Assembly (NCBI RefSeq): GCF_009914755.1
Contig: NC_060943.1
Origin: the human T2T-CHM13v2.0 reference genome, Homo sapiens
Strand: one strand, 5' to 3'
Length of the DNA stretch: 64,000 nucleotides
The translations under genes and the position numbers were made by a program. The notes beneath the pieces were generated by a model, which searched no databases, had not been told where the DNA came from, and saw nothing but the letters and a program-made list of their open reading frames with translations. Position 1 is the first letter of the stretch. Every line of letters begins with the position of its first letter. Positions 1 through 54,890 of the stretch are shown in pieces.

Positions 1-351
1 GCCCCGCACACGTCCCGGCCCCCAGAGTGCAACGTGACAAGAGCGGAGGGGAAGGACCCCGCCACCCCCGTGATCCCGGGAGTGGGGGAGAGCCCGGCCT
101 GCGGGGTCCCGGTAGGGATACAGGACCAAGACCCGCAGCACCCACACCACTCCGCCCGGAGCCAGGAATCGGGGGTCCCAGGCAGCAACCCCGCTCGCGC
201 CACGAGAAGCAACAGGTCTCCAGTGCTTGAGGGGTCCCCCAGAACTGGGGATCACTCGGGCTCCCCCGGACCCCTTCAGCCCCCCCAAAGTTTCTCCGTT
301 CGGTTTCCCGGGGCAACAAGTCTCCCCCACACGTGCTGCCCCCGCCCCCAC

Positions 352-373
352 CTGTGTCCGCCGGGGTCTTCAT
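352..373 (-). CDS. ERF: ETS2 repressor factor, first coding exon (MKTPADT-G); the rest of the gene lies left of the window
   Basis: Minus strand reads ccagcATGAAGACCCCGGCGGACACAG|gtggggg, 22 nt followed by a GT donor. It matches the ERF N-terminus MKTPADTG and lies in a CpG island next to CIC. Confidence 0.93.
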
Positions 374-760
374 GCTGGGGGGCCCGGGGCGAAGCGCCCC
401 GATTCCGGGCCGCGGCTCCCGGCGCCCTCGCTGCCCCGTCCCGTCCCGCGCCCGTCGGGCCGCCCTCGCCGCCTCACCCGGCCTCGCCTCTCAGAGCCTC
501 TCCCCTCCCCGCCGCCGCCTCCCGGGTTAATATCGCACTCCGGGGCCGGGACGCCCACGCCCCCCGGCCGGCGACGTCACCGCCGCGTCGCCATGGAGAC
601 ACTGCGCCCGCCCCCTCCCCGCGCACTCACACACACGCTCGTCGGCGCGCAGCCACTGAGGACCGGCCGGCTCTGGGCTTAAAGGGGCCGCGCGGCGGGG
701 GAGGGAGGAAGGAGGGGGTGGGGGTGGGATGGGGTCCCGCGGGTCATGACCCTAGTCAGA
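374..760 (-). promoter_or_regulatory. ERF: ERF 5'UTR and CpG-island promoter
   Basis: CpG-dense. TATA-like ATATTAA (minus strand, 527-533), CRE-like TGACGTC (573-579) and GC boxes lie upstream of the ERF ATG. TSS near 500 is inferred. Confidence 0.75.
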
Positions 761-1944
761 GGCTCCGAGTCTGCAGCTAACTTAAGTCTTCGGCACTCGC
801 TACCTGCTGCCCCTCCTCCTCTCCTGCCCACTGCGGGCTCCAGAGTTTCTTTTGGGAGCCTGTATGGGAAAACGGGGGGCCCTTCCGAGGAAGCGGGGGT
901 CAGAAACTTTTGTGGGGAGGGGGCAGAATCTTCTCTGCAGAGGGGCGGGGTCAGGACCTTAGAAGATGATGAAGACCACAGCATTTCCCAGCTTGGTTTT
1001 ACCCAACCCCCCAACCCTGAGCCTGAATGGGGGCAGCTGTCCAGGGGTGGGGTGGAATGGGTGGGATGCATTTCCCAGCATCGGAAATGGGGAGGCGGCT
1101 GTGCCCTCCGCTCCTGTGGGGATGGGGTCTTGGCTTCCCTGATAACCCCCGTCCAGCTGGGGAGGAAGTGACCAGAGAGAATGCATTTGGAAGCCCCCAC
1201 CACCACCGTCCCCAGGCTGCAGCTGTCCCGGGGATAGGGCTGGCGCCGGAGGTCCCCCCACGTCCACTACTAGGACCGGGGGTTCCGGAGGCGGGGCCGG
1301 GATACGAGGGGGCGACCAAAGTCTGAACAAATGTGCTCCCAAGGGGCACTGAGGGTCGCCAGGAGAGAGGAAGACAGGGCTTAAGATCGAAAGCCAGAGC
1401 GTAGAGAAGTGTTAAGTCTCCGTTCTCTGCCTCAGCCGGGAGGGAAGGATGAAGCCTGAGGCTCTGGGAAACAGGAAATCACAGCGCAGATCTGATGGAG
1501 CCCAGGAGCCGGCAGCAGGGTAGAGGCCAAATAGAAGCAATATTCACAGGCATAGCCTGGAAACAGAGTCTCAAAAAAGACTCTGAGGTTCCGAAGGAGG
1601 GGCGTATGGGTGGCGGGCGGGAGTTGGGGGGGCTGGGTGGGGGACGAATCCAGAAGATGGGCGGGGAGACAGAAAAGTCACAGATAGGGAAGGCCTGCGG
1701 AGCTCAGGCTCCCGGTACCCAGGGCTTCAATCCCAGCCTCCTCGCTTGCGGGGTACCTAGTCCACCTTAGACAGGCTCCTCACCAGTGCCTAAAAAAAAA
1801 AGTCTCAGGCCTCCTCCTTGGGGAGACCAAGGGCTCCAGGGAAGCTTTCCCCCACAACCCCCGGGAATTATGTAACCTTGCCTACGGACAGTACAGCTCC
1901 CCCACGGATATTGTAACCCTCTGGGAGCGGTGTGGTCCAGCAAT

Positions 1945-2225
1945 AATAATCATCTTCATTGTTCGAATAACAGCTCCCGAATTCCGAGTGTTCATGATGT
2001 GCCAGGCACCGGGCCAAGCATTGTCAGGGGCATCTTCTCATTTAATCCTCACAAAATCCCAACGAGGGGAATTACTGCTGTTATCCCCATTTACAGATAA
2101 AGAAAGTGATGCTCTCTGAGGGAAAATCAGTCCACTAAATCTTACAGCCAGGAAGTATTGGAACTAAGATTCGAACCCAGATCTAACCAATTCCAAACCA
2201 CCACATTTACCCTTTACCATTATGC
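1945..2225 (-). mobile_element. MIR SINE
   Basis: MIR hallmarks tttaatcctcacaa...ttatccccattttacagataaagaaagtga...gattcgaacccag. Confidence 0.75.
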
Positions 2226-2292
2226 TTTATTACCTCTTTTACTACCCCCTCCAAAAAAAAAAAAATGCAGATTTTCAAAGATACTACATCAG

Positions 2293-5620
<3,328 letters not shown>

Positions 5621-5964
5621 GGGACATTTTTTCTTAAAAATAAAATTTAAAAAAATAAAGCACACTGCACTGACAGTGTGAAATTGTGTATTAATGTCAT
5701 AATCCCACTCTGACCCAGATGGTTGGCTCAAACTCAGTGTTTCTATGAAACACAATCACGGATGATCGGCATGCCTCGTGGGAGAATCTGAACGATCCGC
5801 GGAGAGTGAAAGTCCCTCGTGAAAATGTCGTCTGGGCCTCTTAAGTTTGGTGGTTTGTGCAAACGTGTCCATGGATATTGTAATCTTTCAGTGGCCTATG
5901 TGACTCCAATTGCTTTATCAACACTGATACCCACCCCCAGAGATGGTAGAGATGGTGAAATATT

Positions 5965-7192
<1,228 letters not shown>

Positions 7193-7429
7193 AACCCTGT
7201 TTCTTAAGAAAAAAAGATAGTGTGATGCGGGGGATTGAGTCCAATCTCTCCCCCTCTGCAAAACCCTGTTGCAGTGTTCTCTATCAAAACAAAACAAAAA
7301 TTTAAAAAATGAATAGTATGACTCATCTCATATGGTATAGCCACCATACACAGTGTGACCACCTCTAAACAGAATGTCACCCCCTTAGAGTATCACTCTT
7401 TCTCATCTCCCTGACTGAAGATGCTGAAG

Positions 7430-8245
7430 GCACCAGGGCTCAGATCCCTCTTTTCTCCTGTCTAGACTCATTCCCTTGATAACCTCCACCAGTCCCACAG
7501 TGGATATGCCATCTCTATGCTGATTACACCCACAGTTATTTATTTATTTATTGGTTTATTTATCTCTCTCCTCTCCTTCTGTCTCCCTCCCTCCCTCTCT
7601 CTCTCTCTCTCTCTCTCGTCTCTGATCTCTCTCTCTCTCTCTTTCTTTCTTTCCTCTTTTTCCTTCTTGACAGGGTCTCACTCTGTTGTCTGGCTGGAGT
7701 GCAGTGGTGCGATCACAGCTCACAGCAGCCTTGACACCCTTAGGCTCAGGTGATCCTCCCACCTCAGCCTCCTGAGCAGCTGAGACTACAGCTGTGCACC
7801 ACCACACCTGGCTAATTTTTGTATCTTTTTGGAGAGATGGGGATCTTACTATGTTGGCCAGACTGGTCTTGAACTCCTGGGCTCAAGTGATGCTCCCACC
7901 TCAGCCTCCCAATAGTGTTGGGATTACAGCTGTGAACCACCGCGCCCAGCCTCCGCCCACAATTCTATCTCAATCTCGACTCTCCCCTGAACTCCAATCT
8001 GGCACATCCAACTACCTCACCAGTGTGTCTATCTGGATTTCTCAAGCTTGCCAAATCAAAAATGGTCTTCCTGAACTCCCCCAAACTGCTGCCCCCACAA
8101 GCTTCCCCATCTCAGGAAATTGCAATTCCATTTTGCTGGCTGTTCAGGCTGAATACCTTGGAGTCATCCTTGCCCCCTTTCTCTCATCCGATATCCAATC
8201 TGAAGGGAATTTCCACCAGCTCTACCTTTGACTATTCTAGAATCA
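7430..8245 (+). mobile_element. L2 LINE fragments interrupted by a (CT)n tract (about 7563-7665) and an old - strand Alu (about 7665-7951)
   Basis: L2-like text ctctcccctgaactcca...cacatccaactacct...ccttggagtcatccttg; (CT)n run; AluJ-like gatcacagctcacagcagccttgac. Confidence 0.65.
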
Positions 8246-8249
8246 GCTA

Positions 8250-10980
<2,731 letters not shown>

Positions 10981-11564
10981 CAACATGGTATAACTCTTGT
11001 AAGCAGGGGGAATCCCTACATGGACATTACAAATTCACCACAGCCAGAGAACATCCTAAACTGACAGTCGAGACCTCCTTTCACTGCAGCAGGCTCCCTA
11101 GGCCAAGTGAATTCCCTCATGCAGAGTACACACCTCTCTGCTAAAAGTCTAATTCTCCCTCACTCCTGATGCAAACGGACTGTGGAACACAAAACCCTAC
11201 CCTGATCAATAAAAATCTCCCCCAAACATAATGTAAGCTCCCATGGGCAATGTGAACCTCTGTCCCTTATGAGCCTCCCCACAGACATTGTAATCTCTTT
11301 CATATCGATGACAAAGTTAACACAGACAGGGCACATCTCCATGCATGGAGAACTCTCTGTGGCTGCTGTGAACCCCTTTTGTGATAGCATGAAGCACTCC
11401 CCATGGGGCTACCTACAAAGGCAGTGTGCACTCTCTTGAGTGTAAATTTCCCCCAGATTCAGCATCTACCCAATGTGCACAATATAAACTGCTTTGTCAA
11501 ACCTCCCTCAACTCCGGGTCCACCCAATATGGAAGGATGAATTGTCTTTTAGGATTACATTAAC

Positions 11565-12928
<1,364 letters not shown>

Positions 12929-13879
12929 TCAACACAAATAATTTGTGAACAGTGGGACTTTCTCATAGATGTGAATATCCTTCATATTCCATGAACCCCA
13001 TTGGACAACTAATATTTCTTCTATGCTATGAACTAGCTCTATGCCCTAGCACATTCTTTCACACGTAGTTTGAGTGTTTCATGGACAGTATGACTTGCAA
13101 TAGACTGGATGCAGTTTCCTCACAAGTGGTGTGAATTCCAGTGTGGAATCTGAACCTGTCACAGGCAAAAGAAAGCCTCCCTGCGGCCAGCGTACCCATA
13201 TTGCTTCCCATTAGCCTCGGACCAGGGCGAATACAAAGTGGAGGGCATAGATGCATTGCAGACAGGTTCACCATCTGGTTGTAAACCCGTATCTGGGCAG
13301 CAGGCATCTACTACAAACAGGGCATCTCCCTGTCCTCCTCCACTCCAGTGTGATACCCTCCTACCCCTGGGATCTTTAAAAATCTGCCTCTGTCAGGGGC
13401 GTACACCCACAAAGTGTAGCTCTCCACGTAATGCAGTGCGAAGCCCCAAGAAGCGCTGCATTTCGTCATCTCGGCCCCCTGCCCCAATGCCTAGTGGGCT
13501 GTCAAACTGCGCTGTCCTAAATGTCAAACTCTTGGAGGAGGTGACCTGTCCCCCGGGCCCCAGGCCGCGCGCGTTGCCTATACTGCAGCGCGCGACACCC
13601 CACAAGCGCGCGTTCTCTCCCCTCCCGGTGGCAACAGGGCTTTCCGCGGGGCCGCGCCAGACTTTTCGAGACCGTCAATTGGTCGTAGTCCCGGCCACCC
13701 GGCAGCCAATCAACAAGGGGAAAGGTGACATCACTGGTTCTCCTCCCCTCCCCCAATCCAAACTTCCCTACTCCGTCTACCGGCAGCAACAACCACGTGG
13801 GGGAGGGGTAAGAGAGTAGAACCGGTGAGGTCATTGCACCGCCCCGGCCGCTGCTGATTGGCTGCGGGGCTCGCGGGTG

Positions 13880-13967
13880 GCGGTTGGCTGCTCCTTGCAC
13901 CTCCCCCTCGTGCCGCTACCGCTGCCACTGAGAGGAGCCACCGGCGACGCCAGAGCCAGGAATACGG
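13880..13967 (+). other. CIC: Candidate non-coding first exon 1a of CIC-L (start approximate)
   Basis: Strong donor acgg|GTGAGT at 13968 downstream of CCAAT boxes; no ATG. Confidence 0.6.
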
Positions 13968-14624
13968 GTGAGTCGGGGCCCTGGGTCTAAGATACTCCTG
14001 GCGTCCAGTGAGACTCACGACGAACTGCCCTTTTCGACTTTTTCTCCTCGCCGGGTTTCTTTGGTGCTCCAAGCACTCTGTCACATGGGAGTTGTAGTCT
14101 GCCTTGTACTGTCGGCTATGGGCCGAAGACGTGAGAAGACTACGGTTCCCAGCAGGAACTGCGACTAGCCGGTCAACAAACGTTCGGGCCACGCCTTCTA
14201 CCTCCGTTCATTGGACAACCCGTCCCTTAGCCCCTCCTCCTTTCATTTCATTGGCTACTGTCCCTCACAGAGGCTGGGTTCCGGCCTAGGCTGCATGGCG
14301 ACTGGGTACTGTATTTGTCATTTGGAACTAAGACGGCCTGCAATTGGACACGACTGGTGTCCTTCACTTGTTGTAGGGTAGGGCCCTAGGCAGATCAGGC
14401 AGTCGTAGGCTCAGGTTGGTGTCGGTCCCGGAGGGAGGCCGGTCTTGGACTTTGGCCCCGCCCCCTAGCGCTGCCCGATGGGCCCAATTGGTCGCCGCGA
14501 GCGTCGCTCGTCGTCGAGAGGCGGAGCCGACCAGTCTGCGGATATCTATTGGTCTAGGCTGGCGCCGGTCAGTGGGGTTGTGATCGCTGATTGGCTGGCT
14601 GCTCCAGCTGTTGCAGGTCCATTC

Positions 14625-14754
14625 ACCATTTTGTGTGTTGGAGTAAAAAAAAAAGGGAGAATCGAGAGGGAGAGCCGGAGGGGGGGCGGGGAGGGACCGG
14701 ACCGGACCGAGCCGGGGCCACGGCCCCCCGCCCCGAAACCCCGCCGAGCCCAAG
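14625..14754 (+). other. CIC: Candidate non-coding first exon 1b of CIC-L (start approximate)
   Basis: Donor caag|GTGAGG at 14755 downstream of ATTGG boxes; no ATG. Confidence 0.65.
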
Positions 14755-16599
14755 GTGAGGGGCGGGGCCAGGGCTGACACAGGAAAGGGGGGTCCGGGGG
14801 GCTGGGGGCCGAGAGGGGACAGGTGGCAGGGACGGGGAGGGGGTACAGGGGGAAAGGGGTGGGCGGAATGGTGGGAAGGGAGGAGGGAGTGGAGGAAGTG
14901 GTGGGGGTTTGACAGAAAAAGGGTAACTGGGGGAGGGGGTGGTGGGCAAAGAAGGGTAACAGGAATGGAGGGGTGACAGGACTAGATCAGGGTGACAGGG
15001 AGAGGGAGGGGACAGAGTTGGAGAGTGTGACAAGGAGAGGTGATGGGGAGAGAAGGTGACAGGTCCGGAGATGGCTGACAGGACAGTGACTGGGAGGAAT
15101 AGGTGACAGAGATAAATGGGGGTGACAAGGAGGGGGTGACAGGAGGGGGCCTAGGGCATTTTAACCGAGAGGTAGAGATAGAGGTAGTGACAGGATGAGA
15201 GAGAGAGTGTCAGAGAAGCTGGTGCCAGGAGGGCTAATGGGAACAGAGGGTATGAGACCCCAAAGAGCCAGGGCCTGGGCTGGCCTGGGCTCCGGGAGTT
15301 ACTACTCAGATCTGAGGAAGGTGAGGGCCCCCGGGGCTTGGGTGGGAGTTATTCAGACAGGGTGGACAGGAAGAGAGTAGGCCCTAGGGGAAAGAAAGCA
15401 GCTCTGGGGCGAAGAGAGGCTGGGCCAGGCAGCAAGGTCTAGGGGTCCAGGCGGCATAGTTGTAGGCCCTGGGTGGGGTATGCAAAGGTTTGTGCTTGGA
15501 AAAAACTGGAGCCAGATCTCAGTCCCCAACATGGTAGTCTAGTGGGTCAGCGGGTATTAGGTGGTGATGGCTGCCCAACTTCTGGGCATTTGGGTGCCAG
15601 CCCCGGGACGCCCTCCAGGCTCTGCCTGTGAGGACCCCAGGATTGGCCCAAGAAAGGGCAGGCCTGGGACTCCAGGGTCCACAGGAGGAGCAGGCCCCTA
15701 GTGAGAGAGCATGAGGTCAAGGGTCCCCCAGTAGCTGGAAGACTGAGTCGGGGTTGCCTCTCATTGTGTTTGGCTTATGGTTCTGGGTCCCCCAACCCTC
15801 CTAGAGGCCTCTGTTTTGGCCTCTCAGGTTCTCTTAGTCACTTCAGAGTAAAGTTTTTTCCCCTTTTCTTTTCTCAGGGCAGCTCGAAAGGGGGCGGGCA
15901 GTAATGACTGTTCAGGAAGTGGGTGAGGTTGGCCTGTTGGGCTTGTCCTGCTTTCTTTGACCTTATCCCACCTATCCCCACTTGGAGTTGGAGGGCATAT
16001 TTGGGGGCCTGCGGGGGGCTAGCCGACTCAGCCACCCTGCCAGAGCCAGCCCAGCCAGGGCGGGGATGCATGCAGGCAAGAAGAGGGGGGCTGGGCTTGC
16101 GGGTATCACGCTGGGTGCTGTGGGGGGAGGAGCAGGCTCCCATCCAGTGGGACAGAGAAACCCTGGGGTGTAGCTCTGTGTCCCACTGTGTGATGACGTG
16201 TGCGTGCTTCTGTGCGTGTGTGTGTGTTTGTGCGCGTGCGTGTGCTCATGCACGGCCCCGTGGCAGTGCTGGGTATGAGCTCTTGCCCCAGACATGCCCC
16301 TGCCTGCTCCCTGCCAGGATCTGGGGAGATGGCTGTACCTGGCAGCCCTAGGGTGCAGAGCAGAGTGGGCAGCCGTCCCTCGGGACTCTCAGCTGCCCAC
16401 TTCTTCCCACAGTGCCTGGCCATGCCAGGCTGCCCAGAGGGGCAGAGGGAGGGTGGGGGGGTGGAGAAAGGCTCATATCACAGCCCAGTCACCACCCTTT
16501 TTGTGACTTGGTACTTGTGCATGTGTGTGTGTGTCTGAGTGCATGTACTCTCTGCATGGTGACAGTGCGAGTAAATGTGCCCTCTGGATCATGTGACAG

Positions 16600-16860
16600 G
16601 CAGCACACTGAAATGGTCAGGAGCACGGACTCTGGAGCCAGAGAGCCTGGGTTCAGACCCTAGCACTGCTGTTTCCCACCTGGATGATCTTGGACAAGTT
16701 GTCTCATCTTTTTGTGGCTCAGTTTCCTCAGGTGTGAAATGAGGCCGATAGTAGCACCTGCTTTTAGGGCTGTTGTGAGGATGAAACAGGTTAATAAAGG
16801 CAAGCTTAGCATGGAGTTCAGGACACAGGGAGTGCTCCATAGGTGTGAACTGTTAGTGCT
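16600..16860 (+). mobile_element. MIR SINE
   Basis: gactctggagccagagagcctgggttcagacc...gatcttggacaagtt...ctcagtttcctc...tgtgaaatgagg...gttgtgaggatgaaa. Confidence 0.8.
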
Positions 16861-17156
16861 TTTGATGTCCCCTTGGGGCATTCAGAGCATGTGCTCTGTG
16901 TCCTTTGCAGAGCCAGCAGGTGTCTGTTCCCCAAGGAGCCAGAGTGTGTATACTCAGGGGACTCAGGTGCTCACCTGTGCCTGGTGCTGACTGAGGTATC
17001 ACATGAGTTGACAGCAGCCAGAGAGGAGGCCTTGGGGATGGTGGGATGGAGACAGTAGACTCAGCAAGTGGGAAATCTTAGGGTACACTGGCTCTGGAGA
17101 GGTTCCTGAGTTGCTCCGCGTAATCCTCCGCTCTCCCACCCTGCAGGTGGACAAAA

Positions 17157-40564
<23,408 letters not shown>

Positions 40565-41150
40565 GGGACCCCTGAGAAGATGCCAGGACTTATAGTACCC
40601 CCTCAGGACATGGACAGTATGTGGGGGCAGGAAGGTTATCTCCTCCCGGGTAAAGCCATTTCGTCCTCTCCAGTTTGGGGCGGAATGAGGCCTGCTCCTC
40701 TTGTAAATACCCCCTTCCCTCGAAGCTCCCTCCCGGTGCTGGGGGGCAGCTGAGGGGCTGCAGGGGCAGTCTCCCTCCTCCAAGCCCCTGTACATAACCT
40801 GGAGCGTGTGACCTTCAGAGCTTTTCACTTTATGCAAAATGGCTCCTGTGAGGGCTGCAAGCTGGAGGGTGGTGCAGGCCTTGGGCCACAGGGAGGCGCC
40901 TGTGGAATAGGGGGAGTTCATGCACCCCTTTTTTCCCCAGAGGGGCTGGACTCAGGTTAGTTTGGGGGTGGGGGCTCCTGCACTTTGCCACAGGCACGGG
41001 GAGGGTTTTCTCCTCACCCCCTCTGCCCTCCCAACTTGGGTTGTACTTTCTAAGAAGGTGATTCCCCCTGCCCTTGCCCCCTTCCCCAGAACAAAACATG
41101 TTGATCATGTGCAATATTTCTTACTGTGCCGAGAAGCCGCAATGAGCGAG

Positions 41151-41156
41151 ATTAAA
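41151..41156 (+). terminator. CIC: CIC polyadenylation signal ATTAAA (3'UTR 40565 to about 41170)
   Basis: ATTAAA followed about 15 nt later by a CA site and GT-rich tgtgtggctgt. Confidence 0.8.
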
Positions 41157-42026
41157 GCTGTTTAACACACCTGTGTGGCTGTAGGCTCTTAACAGGGAGG
41201 GCTGTTGGTTGTACCAGTCCTGTCCTGAGTTGTCATGGAGCGGTAGGCTTTCCATGAGGTGGGGGCAACAATTCCAGTACCACTGCCCCCAACTTCAGAG
41301 GAACCCCATAGGCCAGGTCCCTGACTTGCTGTGGACCAGATGGCCCCTCTCCAGTTTAGGAGCCTGTGCGCTCCGGGAGCCTCAATGCCTGCTGGCCCTG
41401 TTCTCAGCCATTGGACTGCGTGAGTTTGGGGAAGGCCTGAGGCAAGATGCCACTGGATGGTTTACCCTCACTGGCTCTGGGGTCATTCGTACTCAGGAAA
41501 CAGGTCCCAAGAGGTCCTAGCCCAGAGGTGGCAGTGGGTGGGAGGGAGCCTAGTCTACCTGGAATACCCTTGGTCCTCAGTGTGACCCCTGCTGCCCCCA
41601 TGTGGCCTGGGCCTGCACTGCAACTGGGCTTGAAGGAACCTCCCCTGGGTGACACCCCTCCTGCTCAGCATGTGGACACAGTGCCCACCTGAGGTGACAA
41701 GATACCTACACCCTGTGTGGAGGGATGACAACTAGGAGTGGGAGGGTCAGGACACCTCCACAGAAGTGGCATCTAAGCTAGAGATGGAGCACCAGGAAGT
41801 TCCAGCCAGGGCAACCGCATATGCACTGGGTCACTATGTTCCCAGAATTCTTGCCTGAGCTTGGTCCTGTAGGATAGTGCTGGAAAGCTGGTCTTAACTA
41901 GTGTTTACTGATTGGTAACGCCTGCCTGAAGCACACTATTGTGATAGTGGAAATTAACCTAACCACAAGAATCACAGTGCCTTAATGGATCAGTGATACC
42001 TGCCCTGGGCAGAAATAGAACCACAG

Positions 42027-42310
42027 CCAGGCATGGTGGCTCATGTCTGTAATGCCAGCACCCTGGGAGGCCGAGGCAGGTGGATTGCTTGAGCTCAGGA
42101 GTCAGATCAGCCTGGGCAACATGGCAAAACCACTTCTCTACAAAAAATACAATAAGCTGGACCTAGTGGCACATGCTTATAGTAGCAGCTATTCAGGAGG
42201 CTGAGGTGGGTGGATCACTTGAGCCTGGGAGGTTGAAGTTGCAGTGGGCTGTGGTCTCACCACTGTACTCTAGCCTGGGTGACGGAGAGAGACCCTGTCT
42301 CACACAAAAA
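42027..42310 (+). mobile_element. Old (J-like) Alu between the CIC and PAFAH1B3 3' ends
   Basis: Alu consensus segments. Confidence 0.9.
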
Positions 42311-42421
42311 ACACCTTGCAGAACTGCAGGGTCACAGATCAGGATAAGGACTAATGGTGGTACCCAGATACCCAGACAGGTTCGACCATAAAGCAGGAAA
42401 CAGCACACTGAGGAAGGAGAG

Positions 42422-42427
42422 TTTAAT
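42422..42427 (-). terminator. PAFAH1B3: PAFAH1B3 polyadenylation signal ATTAAA
   Basis: tttaat on the plus strand, about 23 nt past the stop codon. Confidence 0.75.
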
Positions 42428-42450
42428 GTTGTGGGAAGGCAGCAGGATGC

Positions 42451-47682
<5,232 letters not shown>

Positions 47683-48435
47683 CTTGGCGCCGCAGCTCCT
47701 GCAGGATGAGCGAGTCGGGTCGGCCCGGGAGTGTTCCGAACGGAGCTGGCTCCGCCACGCCCACTCCTACCCCTCGCGGCAACAAAGGACCGTCCCAACG
47801 CTAGCACACCCGCGGAGGACGAAGGCCGATACAGGGCGCCGCCTCCTCTCCAGGGACGGAAGCCTTCACTTAGGAGGTAGGTGGAATCAGGAACCTTCGC
47901 TTCCCCCACGACGGCCGCACAGTGGGCTCGCCCGGCGCTTCCCGCTCGGGCCGCTGACTCCCAGGCCGCGCACCCGGCACGGGGTGGGGGGAGGGAGAGG
48001 CGAGACCATCCAGCTCCCGAGGCGGGGAGGAGGGAGAAACCACCCACCGGTCACGGGGAGGGGCGAACTACCTGAAGAGTCGAGAGTGGGCGGGGAAAAT
48101 CTAGCCCTCTGTCTAGCAAATGGGAAGAAACCATTTGCTGTACAGAGTGAAATGTGCGGAAGGGACCACCTACTGTTGCGGGGGGGGGGGTGACCCATTC
48201 ACGTGGTGGGGGGAGGGGAGCGAGTGGACGAGTCCATTCTTATATTCCCTTGAAGGGGTGGCTCGAATGCACCTGGCTGGGGGGGACGCTCCTATTTTCT
48301 ACTGATGTGGGGGACAGAAAAGGAAGATGACAAAATGTGAAAATTCGAGGCTCCCTTCTAAGGAGCCACTCTAAGGCCGCGCCAGGGCTTTAGTGAGCCT
48401 ATCTACTCGTGGGCTTCCCCTACTCAAAACACCGT

Positions 48436-48437
<2 letters not shown>

Positions 48438-48491
<54 letters not shown>
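48438..48491 (+). repeat. (GT)n microsatellite, about 27 units
   Basis: Perfect GT run. Confidence 0.97.
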
Positions 48492-48492
<1 letters not shown>

Positions 48493-49381
48493 GAAATCTA
48501 AAGTACATATCTTTGCATTCAAGACATCACAGGACCCCTACTCAAAACACCGTGTGTGTGTGCGCGCGCGTGGCATAACATATAAACTACATATCTTTGC
48601 ATTCAAGACACCATAGGACCTGCTTGGAGGGTAGAAGAAGGTGCAGAAAGAGAAAGGAAATTAGAGACGCCTCCAGGGCTCAGGTCCAGTCTGGCGTCCC
48701 TCCGGCAGATCATCTTGCAGATCTGCAGCCTCTACACTCTCTCTAAACCCACAGGCCAACTGGGTATGTCTGAGCTCTGAAACCTACATCCATAGCCAAG
48801 GCCACCTAGGGTCGCGCCTCTCCCCCAACGCTGCCCCAAATTAATCTCAGACCTCAGTGTCTTCTCAGATCTCCCTCTTCTCTGGGACCAGGTGGGGGGC
48901 TCACTCCCTGCTAAACGTCCTGGTCATGTTCTTGTAGCCTCACTCCAGGTGGGACCTTCCCATGTATTCATTCCTTCGAGGTGGATTGATACTGAGACAG
49001 AGATGAGTGTTATTCATTGTGTTTATGTTTTCAATCCACTTTCCTGGAACTGGGCCGGGCACACAGTGGTTATTCCACAAGTGCTTGCTGAATGAGTAGT
49101 AAATGAGTGGGTCAGCTCCTGACCTTGTCCCAATGTGTTTAGGGAGACAGATCCAGACACAGAGGTGTAGGGGTGTCAAAGTTGTGTTTGAGGGAGAGAC
49201 AGGGACCTCTGGGGAGGAAGAGGAGAAGGACTCTGAGGACTATGGGTTTCCTAGGAGTAGTATCTCAGCTGGGTCTGAAAGATAATGAAGAATGGGCAAG
49301 CAGAAAGAAAAGACACAGGTAATCACTTTCTTATTAGGTTTGGGGAATATCGTGGAATAGCTTGATTTTAAAGTCTGAGGG

Positions 49382-54890
<5,509 letters not shown>

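Larger units (their letters stand above)
13550..14760 (+). promoter_or_regulatory. CIC: CIC-L CpG-island promoter
   Basis: CpG-rich. Many CCAAT/ATTGG boxes (about 13706, 13857, 14210, 14250, 14486, 14548, 14590), a ZNF143/THAP11-type ACTACAACTCCCA on the minus strand (14086-14098) and a related actacggttcccag near 14139. Confidence 0.8.

Noticed and set aside
34-1349. Long ORFs over the ERF promoter (248, 175 and 151 aa)
   Set aside because: GC-rich stop-poor DNA, often with non-ATG starts, giving low-complexity products.
13238-14192. 193- and 153-aa ORFs at the CIC-L promoter
   Set aside because: Promoter DNA with no recognisable domain or splice support.
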